Below are positions 11,172 through 20,891 of a DNA stretch of 64,000 nt, piece after piece (within the stretch, counting starts at the first letter, position 1; every line of letters starts with the position of its first letter). The translations under genes and the position numbers were made by a program. The notes beneath the pieces are model-generated. The model did not search any database. It was given only the letters and a program-made list of their open reading frames with translations, and had not been told where the DNA came from. The stretch is from Thermoanaerobaculia bacterium. Lineage in GTDB: Bacteria; Acidobacteriota; Thermoanaerobaculia; UBA5066. The DNA lies in contig CAVRAY010000001.1 of assembly GCA_963719225.1 (NCBI GenBank), positions 1,760,001 through 1,824,000 of the forward strand, read 5' to 3'.

Positions 11172-11759
11172 ATGGCGCCGCCCAAGGACGTGACGGACAT
11201 CTTTCGCCTCTACCAGGGCCAGTGGGAAGTCGCCCTCGAACGATGGGAAAAGAAATGCGCGCCCGTGCTGCAGGACAGGGAGAAGTTCCGAGTGACCGAC
11301 GAGGCCGTCTCCGACGAGGAGCCGCGCGATGACTCCAACTTCCCTGAAATGTACCAGCACTACCTCGATGACCTCTCTCCTGAAGCGCGCAAGCGCGCCC
11401 TCGGGCCCCTCGCGGCACGCTGCGAAAAGGTCATCCCGGAACTGAAACGCGTCATCGTGATGCTCCAGGAGGCACAGCGCAGCGGAGTCTGGTCGGGTGC
11501 TCCCCAGCTCCGGAGTTCGGTCTTCGAGGTGCCCCGATTCGTCGCTGGCAAGACCGTGGATCACATTGCCCGCGAGGAGAGGATGACGGTCCTGGAAGTC
11601 AAGGGCGAATGGTGGCGCGTCCGGACGATGCGGGGGAAGGAAGGCTGGGTTCACCGCTCGCGGGTGAAACCCCAGCTTCCGGTCGAACTCTCGTCGAAGC
11701 CGGGGACCGCCGGCGATTCCAAGTTCGAGCTCGACGTCGAACTCGCGCCTCGAGGGTGA
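11172..11759 (+). CDS. Hypothetical protein with C-terminal bacterial SH3 domain
   Basis: VLEVKGEWWRVRTMRGKEGWVH SH3b pattern; RBS upstream. Confidence 0.7.
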   Translation: MAPPKDVTDIFRLYQGQWEVALERWEKKCAPVLQDREKFRVTDEAVSDEEPRDDSNFPEMYQHYLDDLSPEARKRALGPLAARCEKVIPELKRVIVMLQEAQRSGVWSGAPQLRSSVFEVPRFVAGKTVDHIAREERMTVLEVKGEWWRVRTMRGKEGWVHRSRVKPQLPVELSSKPGTAGDSKFELDVELAPRG

Positions 11760-11795
11760 ACGGCGTTTCGTGGTCGAGGGCTGCCCGGCGCGGGG

Positions 11796-12776
11796 TCAGC
11801 CCGGCGCGGACTCGAGACGCCGCACGTACCAGTCGACGCCGTCCTCGAGGCCCACGGGCTTCTTCGTGAATCCCTGCGCAGTGAGGCGGTCCATTTTAGC
11901 CTCGGTGAAGTACTGGTAACGGGCGCGGATCGTCTCGGGCGTCGGGACGAAGACGATTCGCTCCGGCACGTCGAGAGCCCGGAAGACGGCCTTGGCGAGG
12001 TCCAGAAACGTGCGCGCCTTCCCGGTTCCGACGTTGTAGATCCCGGAGGTCACCGGCTTTCTCAGGGCGAACCACATCGCCTCGACGGCATCGGACACGT
12101 CCACGAAGTCCCGCGACTGGTGGCCGTGGGGAACGTCCGCGCGGTGGGATTCGAAGAGGCGGATCTCGCCCTTCGCCTTCGCCTGGTCGTAGCCGTGGAG
12201 GACCACGCTGGCCTGCGGCCCCTTGTGGCGCTCGCCGAAGCCGTACACGTTGAAGAAGCGGAACCCCGCCCATGCGGGCGGCGTGCGCCCCGCGGCGGCT
12301 TCTTCGAGCGCCCAGAGGTCGAAGCGGCGCTTGGACTCGCCGTAGGGGTTCAGCGGCTTCAGGCGCGGCACGAGCGCGTCCGCGTCGTCGAACCCGAGCG
12401 CGCCGTCGCCGTACACAGCGGCGCTCGAGGCGTAGACGTACGGAATGCCGAGTCGGCGGGCCTCGTTCCAGAGACTTTTCGAGTAATCCACGTTGAACCG
12501 CCGGAGGAGCGCCTCGTCCAGCTCGGTCGTGGACGAGATCGCTCCCATGTGGACGATCCCCCCGAGCGGCTCGCGCGAAGCTTCGAGCCAGGGCGCCAGC
12601 TCTTCGACGTCGAGCTTTTTCCCGAAGTCGAGGCGGGCGTGCTCGGGACGGCTCGTGAACGCATCCTCGTGGTCGACGCTGACAACGCGGACACCGCGCG
12701 CGTTGCACGACTCCACGAAGCGGGCGCCGATGAACCCGGCCGCGCCGGTCACGAGGAGCGTCTCGGGTGAGCTCAC
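11796..12776 (-). CDS. hldD: ADP-L-glycero-D-manno-heptose 6-epimerase
   Basis: TGAAGFIG, HMGAISSTTE, YASSAAVYG, PLNPYGESK, RFFNVYG, YQYFTEA. Confidence 0.9.
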   Translation of the reverse strand: MSSPETLLVTGAAGFIGARFVESCNARGVRVVSVDHEDAFTSRPEHARLDFGKKLDVEELAPWLEASREPLGGIVHMGAISSTTELDEALLRRFNVDYSKSLWNEARRLGIPYVYASSAAVYGDGALGFDDADALVPRLKPLNPYGESKRRFDLWALEEAAAGRTPPAWAGFRFFNVYGFGERHKGPQASVVLHGYDQAKAKGEIRLFESHRADVPHGHQSRDFVDVSDAVEAMWFALRKPVTSGIYNVGTGKARTFLDLAKAVFRALDVPERIVFVPTPETIRARYQYFTEAKMDRLTAQGFTKKPVGLEDGVDWYVRRLESAPG

Positions 12777-12834
12777 GTGGGGATCCTACGGGATCTCGCT
12801 TGGCAACTTCACCTCTTCTTCCTATGCTCCGGGC

Positions 12835-13803
12835 ATGACGATCAGCGCGTTCTTGAAGCACCATTTCCGCCATTTCAACTCCGCCACCCTCGTGGACGCG
12901 GCCGAGGCATGGAACACGCTGCTCGCGGGCGGCGGCCGGATGTTCCTGACCATGGCCGGCGCGATGTCGACGGCCGAGCTCGGCCTGTCGCTGGCAGAGA
13001 TGATCCGGCAGGGGAAGGTCCACGCGATCACGTGCACGGGAGCGAACCTCGAGGAGGACGTCTTCAATCTCGTGGCGCACGACCACTACGTGCGCATCCC
13101 GCACTATCGGGAGCTGAGCCCCGCCGAGGAGAGCGCGCTCCACGCGCGGCACCTGAACCGCGTCACGGACACGTGCATCCCCGAGGAGGAGGCGATCCGG
13201 CGGATCGAGCTCGCCGTGCTCAACGAGTGGACCGCCGCGGACCGCGAGGGCGAGCGGTATTTTCCCCACGAGTTCCTGTACCGGATCCTCCTTTCCGGGG
13301 AGCTGAAGGAGTACTACCAGATCGATCCGAAGGACTCGTGGCTCCTCGCGGCGGCCGAGCGGAACCTCCCGATCTTCGTCCCCGGCTGGGAGGACTCGAC
13401 GCTCGGCAACATCTTCGCCGCCCACTGCATCGAGAAGGAGATCAAGAACGTCCACACGGTGCGGACCGGCATCGAGTACATGACGGCCCTCGCCGAGTGG
13501 TACACCGCGACGGCGCCGAAGACGCCCGTTGGCTTCTTCCAGATCGGCGGCGGCATCGCGGGCGATTTCCCGATCTGCGTCGTGCCGATGCTCCACCAGG
13601 ACCTCCGGCGCGACGGGGTTCCCCTGTGGGCGTACTTCTGCCAGATCAGCGACTCCACGACGAGCCTCGGGAGCTACAGCGGCGCTGTCCCGAACGAGAA
13701 GATCACGTGGGGCAAGCTCGGCGAGAAGACGCCGAGGTTCATCATCGAGTCCGACGCGACGATCGTGGCGCCCCTCATGTTCGCGTACGTGCTGGGGTGG
13801 TGA
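12835..13803 (+). CDS. Deoxyhypusine synthase-like protein (probably polyamine/homospermidine synthesis)
   Basis: AGAMSTAELG, TGANLEED, GSYSGAVPNEKITWGK, ESDATIVAP. Confidence 0.9.
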   Translation: MTISAFLKHHFRHFNSATLVDAAEAWNTLLAGGGRMFLTMAGAMSTAELGLSLAEMIRQGKVHAITCTGANLEEDVFNLVAHDHYVRIPHYRELSPAEESALHARHLNRVTDTCIPEEEAIRRIELAVLNEWTAADREGERYFPHEFLYRILLSGELKEYYQIDPKDSWLLAAAERNLPIFVPGWEDSTLGNIFAAHCIEKEIKNVHTVRTGIEYMTALAEWYTATAPKTPVGFFQIGGGIAGDFPICVVPMLHQDLRRDGVPLWAYFCQISDSTTSLGSYSGAVPNEKITWGKLGEKTPRFIIESDATIVAPLMFAYVLGW

Positions 13804-13805
13804 GC

Positions 13806-14720
13806 ATGAGACGGGCGGGGATTCTCGCCGCGACCGCGATGGCCTTGGCGTTTGCCTCCTGCCGGAAGAGCGAGCCACCGAAGCCCGCCGCGGGCCTGGA
13901 AAAGCCGTATGCCCTCAAGGGCGTCGTCGTCTCGATCGACCGTGCGGGAGGGAAAGTCACCGTCAGGCACGAGGCGGTGTCGGGTTACATGGACGCCATG
14001 ACGATGCCTTTCGCGGTCTCCGAGCCGAAGCTCCTCGAGGACCTCAGGCCCGGCGACACGATCGAGGCGAAGCTGCTCGTCGGAGAGCGCGACTCGCACC
14101 TGGAAGGCATCGTCGTCTCGCGCCCGCCCGGCACGCCGTCCGTCGAGGTGATTCCCGCGCAGGGGAGCTACGGGAAGCCGGGCGACGCCGCGCCGGTCAC
14201 GATCCTCGTCGATCAGGACGGGAAGGCGTTCTCCCTCGCCGATTTCAGGGGCAAGGCGGTGGCGGTGACGTTCATCTTCACGCGCTGCCCGCTTCCCGAC
14301 TTCTGTCCGCGCATGAACCTGAACTTCTCCGAGGTGGAGCGGCGCCTCGCGTCGGATCCGAAGCTCTACGCGGACACGGAGCTCCTCTCGGTCAGCTTCG
14401 ATCCCGAGCACGACACGCCGGCCGTCCTGAAGGCCTTCCGGGAGCCGTTCCTGAAGGGAGCTCCCGGAGTCACACCGGGCCACTGGCGTTTCGCCACGGG
14501 CACGCTCGGGAACATCAAGGAGTTCGCGGGATTCTTCGGGCTCACGTACCTGAAGACGGGAGATCAGTTCGTTCACAGCCTGGCGACCGCGGTCATTTCC
14601 CCGGACGGGAAGCTCCTTTCGCTCCGCCGCGGCAACGACTGGGAGCCGAAAGATCTCGTGGAGGATCTGAAGCGTGCCGCTGCCGGTGAGAGGCCGCGCG
14701 TGGAGACGGCCGCGCGATGA
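13806..14720 (+). CDS. SCO/SenC lipoprotein with N-terminal CusF-like copper-binding domain
   Basis: Lipobox FASC; HEAVSGYMDAMTMPF; FTRCPLPDFCP; VSFDPEHD; HSL. Confidence 0.88.
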   Translation: MRRAGILAATAMALAFASCRKSEPPKPAAGLEKPYALKGVVVSIDRAGGKVTVRHEAVSGYMDAMTMPFAVSEPKLLEDLRPGDTIEAKLLVGERDSHLEGIVVSRPPGTPSVEVIPAQGSYGKPGDAAPVTILVDQDGKAFSLADFRGKAVAVTFIFTRCPLPDFCPRMNLNFSEVERRLASDPKLYADTELLSVSFDPEHDTPAVLKAFREPFLKGAPGVTPGHWRFATGTLGNIKEFAGFFGLTYLKTGDQFVHSLATAVISPDGKLLSLRRGNDWEPKDLVEDLKRAAAGERPRVETAAR

Positions 14721-15325
14721 AGGCGCTCCGGCTCACGGCCATCGGCGGCGCCGTCCTTCTCGGCATGCTGGGCCTCCATCAGCTCGTGTACGCCCTCATG
14801 AGCCGCGGACACGTCTCGGACCTGCCGAGGCTCGGGCGCGTGCCCGATTTCGCGTTCCTCTCCGAGCGCGGCCGCCCCGTCGCCGCGCGCGACCTCGAAG
14901 GAAAGGTGTGGATCGCGGATTTCATCTTCACGCGCTGCGGCGGCACGTGTCCGGCGATGTCCGAGCGGATGGCCACGCTCGCGGACACGCTGAAGGACGA
15001 GCCGCGTGCGGCTTTCGTCTCGTTCGACGTGGATCCCGAGCACGACAGCCTCGCCGATCTCGCGACCTATTCGCGCCAGCACCGAGCCGACCCCGGGCGC
15101 TGGACGTTCCTGCGCGGCGAAAGGCCGGCCGTGCGCGCGCTCGCGGGAGAAGGTTTCAAACTCGCGGTCGTGGACGGACATGCCGACGATCCGGAGCCGA
15201 TCCTCCATTCCTCGCACTTCGTCCTCGTCGACGGAAAGAGGGAGATTCGCGGCTACTACGACGGACTCGAACCCGGCGGCGTCGAGAAGCTCGCCGCCGA
15301 CGCCCGGCGGCTCGCGAGGGACTGA
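14717..15325 (+). CDS. SCO/SenC family protein
   Basis: FIFTRCGGTCP, VDPEHD, ILHSSHFVLVD. Confidence 0.9.
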   Translation: MKALRLTAIGGAVLLGMLGLHQLVYALMSRGHVSDLPRLGRVPDFAFLSERGRPVAARDLEGKVWIADFIFTRCGGTCPAMSERMATLADTLKDEPRAAFVSFDVDPEHDSLADLATYSRQHRADPGRWTFLRGERPAVRALAGEGFKLAVVDGHADDPEPILHSSHFVLVDGKREIRGYYDGLEPGGVEKLAADARRLARD

Positions 15326-15343
15326 GGCCCCTATACTCCGCGC

Positions 15344-16045
15344 GTGTCGATTCTCGAGGCGCGAGGCCTGACGAAAACGTATCGCGTCGGAAGCGAGAAG
15401 GTCGTCGGCGTGGCCGACGCGACGCTCACCCTCGAGGCGGGATCCTTCACGGTCCTCGCCGGCCCCTCCGGCAGCGGGAAGACGACGCTCCTGAACCTCC
15501 TCGGCGTTCTCGACCAGCCGGATTCCGGAACGCTCCTCTTCGAAGGAAAGGACGTCTCGGGTCTCGACGAACGTGCGCGCGCGCGGCTCCGCCGCGAGAG
15601 GCTCGGCTTCGTCTTCCAGACGTACCAGCTCGTCCCGGTGCTCTCGGCGGAAGAGAACGTCGCCCTCGCCCTGTGGATCCGCGGCCTGCCCGAGGACGCG
15701 TGCGCCGCGCGCGCGCGTCAAGCGCTGGCGGCCGTCGGCCTCGCCGGGCTCGAAGACAGGCGGCCCGACGCCCTTTCGGGGGGGCAGCGGCAGCGCGTCG
15801 CGGTGGCGCGCGCTCTCGTGGGCGAGCCGGTGCTCATCCTGGCAGACGAGCCCACGGCGTCGCTCGACTCGGAGACGGCCGCCCGCCTCATCGACCTTTT
15901 CGAGGAGCTTCACCGCGCGCGCGGCGTGGCGTTCCTCTTCTCGAGCCACGACCCGCGCATCGTCGAGCGGGCGGAGCGGCGGATCAAGCTTCAGGACGGG
16001 CGAGTCGTCGCGGACGAGCGCGCGCCCGCGGGAACGCGCGCATGA
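15344..16045 (+). CDS. ABC transporter ATP-binding protein (LolD-like)
   Basis: GPSGSGKT, LSGGQRQR, ADEPTASLD. Confidence 0.93.
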   Translation: MSILEARGLTKTYRVGSEKVVGVADATLTLEAGSFTVLAGPSGSGKTTLLNLLGVLDQPDSGTLLFEGKDVSGLDERARARLRRERLGFVFQTYQLVPVLSAEENVALALWIRGLPEDACAARARQALAAVGLAGLEDRRPDALSGGQRQRVAVARALVGEPVLILADEPTASLDSETAARLIDLFEELHRARGVAFLFSSHDPRIVERAERRIKLQDGRVVADERAPAGTRA

Positions 16046-17271
16046 GCCGCTGGGCGCGTCTCGCCGCCCGGAACCTCCGCCGCCACGCGCGCCGGACGCT
16101 CCTCACGGGCTCGATCGTCGTGGTCGGGTTCGTGGCCGTCACGATGACCTCCGGCTTCGTGTCCCAGACGTTCTCGTCGCTCAAGGCCGCGACGATCCGC
16201 GGGACCGGCGGCCACCTGCGGATCCTCGACCCCAGGGCGGCGGGGAAGACCGACGACGAGGCGGCCGTCCTCCTGCTCGACGACTGGCAGGGACTCGCTG
16301 CCGTCGTGAAGAAGGACCCGCGCGTCGTTCAGGCCATGCCGAAGTTGTCGTTCTTCGGGCTCGTCGCGAAAGGCGAGAAGAGCGCGGCGTACATCGGGAC
16401 CGGGACCATTCCGGCGCTCGAGAAGAATGCCTCTCTCGCCTCCGATACGGTCGTGTCGGGGAGCTTCCTGTCGAATCCCGACACGGACGAGGTCATGCTC
16501 GGATCCGGCCTCGCGCGTGCTCTCGGCGCGAAGACGGGGGACCTCGTCACCGTGATGGCGACGACGCCCGACGGCGCTCTGAACGCGGTGGACGCGTCCG
16601 TTGCCGCGGTGCTCTCGTATCCGATCAAGGAGATCGACGACCGGCTCCTCTTCCTCCCTTATGCCGCGGCCTCGAGGCTCCTCAAGTCCGAGGGGAAGGC
16701 GAACACGCTCGTCGTGCTCCTCAAGGACGACGCCGACGTGGATGCCGCCGCGCGCGAGCTCTCGAAGAGCCTCGAGGCGGCCGGACGCCCCGTCGTCGTG
16801 AAGACCTGGCTCGAGACCGCCGCGTTCTACAAGCAGGTCAAGCTCCTCTACATCGCGATCTTCTTCTTCATGGGCCTCGTGCTCTCGACGGTCGTCATCC
16901 TCGCCGCCGCGAACACCATGACGATGTCGGTGTTCGAGCGAACGCGCGAGATCGGGACGCTTCTCGCGATCGGAATGGAGCGCGGGCAGATCCGGACGCT
17001 TTTCCTCCTCGAGGGCCTCCTCCTCGGGGTCGTCGGCTCGGCCGTCGGCGCGGCGGCGTCGTTCGTTCTGAGGCTGATCCTGAACGCGTCGGGCATCATG
17101 CTGCCGCCTCCTCCGGGCGGGACGCGTGGAAACGTCCTGCACGTGGACTTCATCCCGCTCGCGTACGGGCTCGGTTTCGCGATCATGTCGCTCACCCTCC
17201 TCGTCGCCGCGTGGTGGCCCGCACGCCGCGCGGCGCGGCTGAACCCCGTGGAGGCGCTCGGGCATGTTTGA
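16042..17271 (+). CDS. ABC permease (LolC/E, FtsX-like)
   Basis: RNLRRHARRTLLT, SVFERTREIGTL, LNPVEAL. Confidence 0.9.
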   Translation: MSRWARLAARNLRRHARRTLLTGSIVVVGFVAVTMTSGFVSQTFSSLKAATIRGTGGHLRILDPRAAGKTDDEAAVLLLDDWQGLAAVVKKDPRVVQAMPKLSFFGLVAKGEKSAAYIGTGTIPALEKNASLASDTVVSGSFLSNPDTDEVMLGSGLARALGAKTGDLVTVMATTPDGALNAVDASVAAVLSYPIKEIDDRLLFLPYAAASRLLKSEGKANTLVVLLKDDADVDAAARELSKSLEAAGRPVVVKTWLETAAFYKQVKLLYIAIFFFMGLVLSTVVILAAANTMTMSVFERTREIGTLLAIGMERGQIRTLFLLEGLLLGVVGSAVGAAASFVLRLILNASGIMLPPPPGGTRGNVLHVDFIPLAYGLGFAIMSLTLLVAAWWPARRAARLNPVEALGHV

Positions 17272-18007
17272 TTCCGGCCCTCTTCACTTTCTAAGCAGAA
17301 TTCTCTTTCTTTGTCTTATCTCCTCCTCCGTGTCTCGGGCCGAGGATCCCGCGGCGCTGCTGCGGCGCGCCGAGCGCATCAAGGATGCCTGGCCGGAGGT
17401 CGTCATCACGCTGCGCGTGACGACGACGCAGGCCGGCGCGCCGCCGGCCACCGGGATCTTCTCGGTCGAGGCGAAAGGCCGCGACAAGTCGCGCATCCGC
17501 TTTCAGAATCCTTCCGACGCCGGCAAGTCCGTCGTCCAGGTCGGTGACGACGTCTGGCTCGTCCTGCCGAACACGAAGAATCCGATCCGTGTGCCGAAGA
17601 GCCATCGCCTGAGAGGCGGATTCTCGGCGGCCGACATGGCGCGCACGCGGTTCGTGGACGACTACGACCCGGTTCTGGAGCGGACCGACGTGCTGAACGG
17701 CATGAGCTGCGCCGTCCTTCGTCTCACGGCGAGAGCGGGGAAGCATCCCTCGTATCCGATTGTGCGCGTCTGGATCGACGAGAAGGAAGCGCTCTACCGC
17801 AAGGCGGTTTTCCTCGTCTCGTCGGGAAAGACCGCGCGGGAGACCACGTTCGACGCGTACCGTCCGTTCCACGGCATCCTCTCGCTCGCGAAGATGACGA
17901 TCGTGGATACGCTCCGGACGGGCACGACGGTCGTCGAGTACCTCGACTACGAGAAGAAGAGTCTTCCGGACTCGACGTTCGAGGTCAGGACGGCCCCGCC
18001 GGCTTGA
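17264..18007 (+). CDS. Outer-membrane lipoprotein-sorting (LolA-like) protein
   Basis: Signal-like N-terminus; LRGGFSAADM and VRVWID pattern; in an operon with the LolD/LolE-like ABC. Confidence 0.75.
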   Translation: MFDSGPLHFLSRILFLCLISSSVSRAEDPAALLRRAERIKDAWPEVVITLRVTTTQAGAPPATGIFSVEAKGRDKSRIRFQNPSDAGKSVVQVGDDVWLVLPNTKNPIRVPKSHRLRGGFSAADMARTRFVDDYDPVLERTDVLNGMSCAVLRLTARAGKHPSYPIVRVWIDEKEALYRKAVFLVSSGKTARETTFDAYRPFHGILSLAKMTIVDTLRTGTTVVEYLDYEKKSLPDSTFEVRTAPPA

Positions 18008-19877
18008 CGGCGAGCCACCGCGCGAACCACCTCACGAGAGTCACGTTCGAGCGGATGCGATTCGGGAGCTTCTGGAAGCCGTGGCCCTCGTCCGGGAAGA
18101 GGACGTACTCGACGGGAATGCCCCGCTTCTTCAGGCTCGCGGCGACCTGCTCGGCCTCGATGACGGGAACGTTCGTGTCGTTCGCGCCGTGGAGGATGAG
18201 CGTGGGCGTCTTGACGCGGTCGATCCTCGTGAGCGGCGAGAGCCTGTCGAGCATTTCGCCCTCGGTGTCCGGATCTCCGTACTCGATCTTCGAGATCGCG
18301 GCCATCCAGGCTTCCGTATGCTCGAAGAACGTCTTGAAGTTCACGACGCCGAAGAGGTCGACGCCGGCCGCGAACATGTCCGGGTAATCGGCCAGCCCGG
18401 CCATCGTCATGTAGCCGCCATAAGAGCCGCCCATGATCCCGAGGCGTTTCGGGTCGGCGACGCCGGCCTTCACGACCGCATCCACGCAGGAGACGATGTC
18501 CTTGACGGCGTTCGCGCGCAGCGCGCCGTTGTCGAGGTTCACGAAACGCTTCCCGAAGCCCGCCGAGCCGCGGACATTCGGCGCGAAGACGGCAATGCCT
18601 TGCGAGACGAGCGCCTGGTAATCACTTCGAAAAGACGGTACCTCCTGCCCCTCGGGCCCTCCGTGGAAGGACAGGACGACGGGACCTGGGCCCTTCGAGC
18701 CCTTCGGCCGATAGAGCCATCCGGAGAGCGGCTCGCCGTCGTGAGCCTTGAATCTGAGCAGCTCGGGAGAGACGAGAGAGGAAAGATCGACGCCCGGGTG
18801 GGGGCTCTCGGTGAGGCGGGTGAAGCGCGGAGAAGAGGAAGAGATTTCTTCGAGTAGGAAGATGTCGGACGGCGCCGTCGCGCTCGACACGGTCATCGCG
18901 AGCGTCTTGCCGTCGCGCGACCACGTCAGGCCGGACGCGAGATCTCCGGGCAGCTTCGGCCCCGAACGCATTTCCTTTCTAAGCAAATCTTCAAACGCCA
19001 GTTCATGGCGCCCCGCCACGTTCCAGATGAGCGCGGCCTTCTCTCCCTTTTCGTCGATCGCAAACGACGCGAGCTCCGCATCCTCCCGCGCCGCGACGAT
19101 CTCGATCGGACCGGGGACGCCGGCATCGGACACGGCGATCCGCGCGAAGGCGAGCCTGTCCCGATTTCCATTCGAAGAAATCCAGAGGACCTTTCCGTCC
19201 GGAGAGAACACACCCGAATAGGTTCCCGGGCCTTCATGCGGCGTGAGGAGCATCTCCTTCTTCGTCGCGAGATCCACGAGAAAGAGGTCGTTGCTGCCGC
19301 GGTAGCGTAGGCGATTGAGGAGGGCGCGCTTTCCGTCGCGCGACAGATCCTCGAAGCCGCCGATGCCCGGGTTCGTGACGACGAGCTCGAGCGCTCCGGT
19401 GTCGGGATCGTAGAGGTAGGCGTCGATGGCTGCGCCCATTCGCCGATTCGAGCCCAGGGCGAGCTTCCGGCCGTCGTGACGAAAGCCGCCGAGGCGGTTC
19501 GTCTCCTTGCCGCCATCCGTGAGGCGCTCGAGGCCCGTGCCGTCGGGGCGCACGAGGTACACCTGCGTGTTCATGCCGCCGCCGGGTGCGAGGGTGAACG
19601 CAATCCACTTGCCGTCCGGCGACCATTCGACCCCGCCGACGGGATCGTCGGACGACGTGACCATGCGAGGGAACCCGCCCTTCGCCGGCACGGTCCACAC
19701 CTGCGGCAGTCCGCTGAGATTCGAGACGAAGGCGATCGTGCTCCCATCGGGGGAGAAGCTCGGCGAGCGCGAGAAGCCGACCCGCGACATGCGCGAGACC
19801 GCGGTCTCGAGGTCGTCGGCGGCGAGGGGGAACACGGCGAGGGCGGCAGCGGCGGCGAGGAGCATCTTGAATTGCAT
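17985..19877 (-). CDS. S9 prolyl-oligopeptidase-family peptidase with TolB-like propeller
   Basis: FSPDG/WSPDG repeats, HGGP, GGSYGG, HGANDTNV, DEGHGF. Confidence 0.93.
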   Translation of the reverse strand: MQFKMLLAAAAALAVFPLAADDLETAVSRMSRVGFSRSPSFSPDGSTIAFVSNLSGLPQVWTVPAKGGFPRMVTSSDDPVGGVEWSPDGKWIAFTLAPGGGMNTQVYLVRPDGTGLERLTDGGKETNRLGGFRHDGRKLALGSNRRMGAAIDAYLYDPDTGALELVVTNPGIGGFEDLSRDGKRALLNRLRYRGSNDLFLVDLATKKEMLLTPHEGPGTYSGVFSPDGKVLWISSNGNRDRLAFARIAVSDAGVPGPIEIVAAREDAELASFAIDEKGEKAALIWNVAGRHELAFEDLLRKEMRSGPKLPGDLASGLTWSRDGKTLAMTVSSATAPSDIFLLEEISSSSPRFTRLTESPHPGVDLSSLVSPELLRFKAHDGEPLSGWLYRPKGSKGPGPVVLSFHGGPEGQEVPSFRSDYQALVSQGIAVFAPNVRGSAGFGKRFVNLDNGALRANAVKDIVSCVDAVVKAGVADPKRLGIMGGSYGGYMTMAGLADYPDMFAAGVDLFGVVNFKTFFEHTEAWMAAISKIEYGDPDTEGEMLDRLSPLTRIDRVKTPTLILHGANDTNVPVIEAEQVAASLKKRGIPVEYVLFPDEGHGFQKLPNRIRSNVTLVRWFARWLAVKPAGPS

Positions 19878-19990
19878 TGCCGCAATGTTATGCCGAGGTC
19901 AGCCGGCTGGCGGTCGAGCGGGCGAACGCGCCGAAGGCGGCGCCTTGGGGCCGAGTCGGAATCGACGCGCAGACCTCGGCGATCTCGGCA

Positions 19991-20878
19991 TCACTCTTGG
20001 GGGCGCGGGGTCTCGAGTGTCGTGTCCAGGTCGGACCCGCTCTCGAGCACCCAGCCGACCTCGCCGACATCCTTCGGTCGGGTCGCGGGGTCCTTCTCGA
20101 GACAGCTGGCAACGAGGTCCCGCAGCTTCTGGGAAACCTCCGGGCCCAAAGACCGCCAGTCGGGCGCGCCCGCGAGGACGGCCGCGAGCGATTCCGTCGC
20201 GTTTCGGCCTGCAAACGCGTGGCGGCCCGAGAGCATCTCGTAGAGGACGCACCCGAAGGACCAGACGTCGGACGCCGGCCCGACCGGCTCACCGCGCACC
20301 TGCTCGGGCGACATGTAGCCCATGGTGCCCACGGCGAATCCGATGCCGGTCACCACGGAGGCCGTATCGGCGACGGAGATGTTGCCGGGGGCGCCGGCCC
20401 CTGGCGCCGTCCGCGCGAGGCCGAAGTCGAGGATCTTCGCGCCCGCGCTCGTGAGGAAGATGTTCTGGGGCTTGAGGTCACGGTGGACGAACCCGAGCTC
20501 GTGCGCATGCGCGAGCCCCCGCGCGACGTCCGAGCCGATGCGGCGCACCTCCGACTCGGAGAGCCGCCCGCGGGCGAGCCGCGCCGCGAGGGTCTCCCCC
20601 TCGAGGAGCTCCATGACGAAATAGGCGACGGCGCCTTCGCTTCCCGCGTCGAAGAGCGTGCAGACGTTGGGATGCGTGAGCCGGGCCGCGATCTTCGCTT
20701 CGCGCGCGAATCGGCGGAGCGCGTCGGGATCGTCGCCATGCCGCGCGCCAACGACCTTGAGCGCGACGTCGCGATCGAGTCGCGTGTCGTGCGCCCGATA
20801 CACCTCGCCCATTCCTCCGGCGCCGAGCGGGGCAAGGACCTCGTACGGCCCGAGGCGCGTCCCAGCTCTGAGCGTCAC
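19991..20878 (-). CDS. Hanks-type Ser/Thr protein kinase (kinase domain only)
   Basis: GAGGMG, VALK, HRDLKPQN, DFG, GTMGYMSPE. Confidence 0.9.
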   Translation of the reverse strand: MTLRAGTRLGPYEVLAPLGAGGMGEVYRAHDTRLDRDVALKVVGARHGDDPDALRRFAREAKIAARLTHPNVCTLFDAGSEGAVAYFVMELLEGETLAARLARGRLSESEVRRIGSDVARGLAHAHELGFVHRDLKPQNIFLTSAGAKILDFGLARTAPGAGAPGNISVADTASVVTGIGFAVGTMGYMSPEQVRGEPVGPASDVWSFGCVLYEMLSGRHAFAGRNATESLAAVLAGAPDWRSLGPEVSQKLRDLVASCLEKDPATRPKDVGEVGWVLESGSDLDTTLETPRPQE

Positions 20879-20891
20879 GTCCCGAGCGCTT

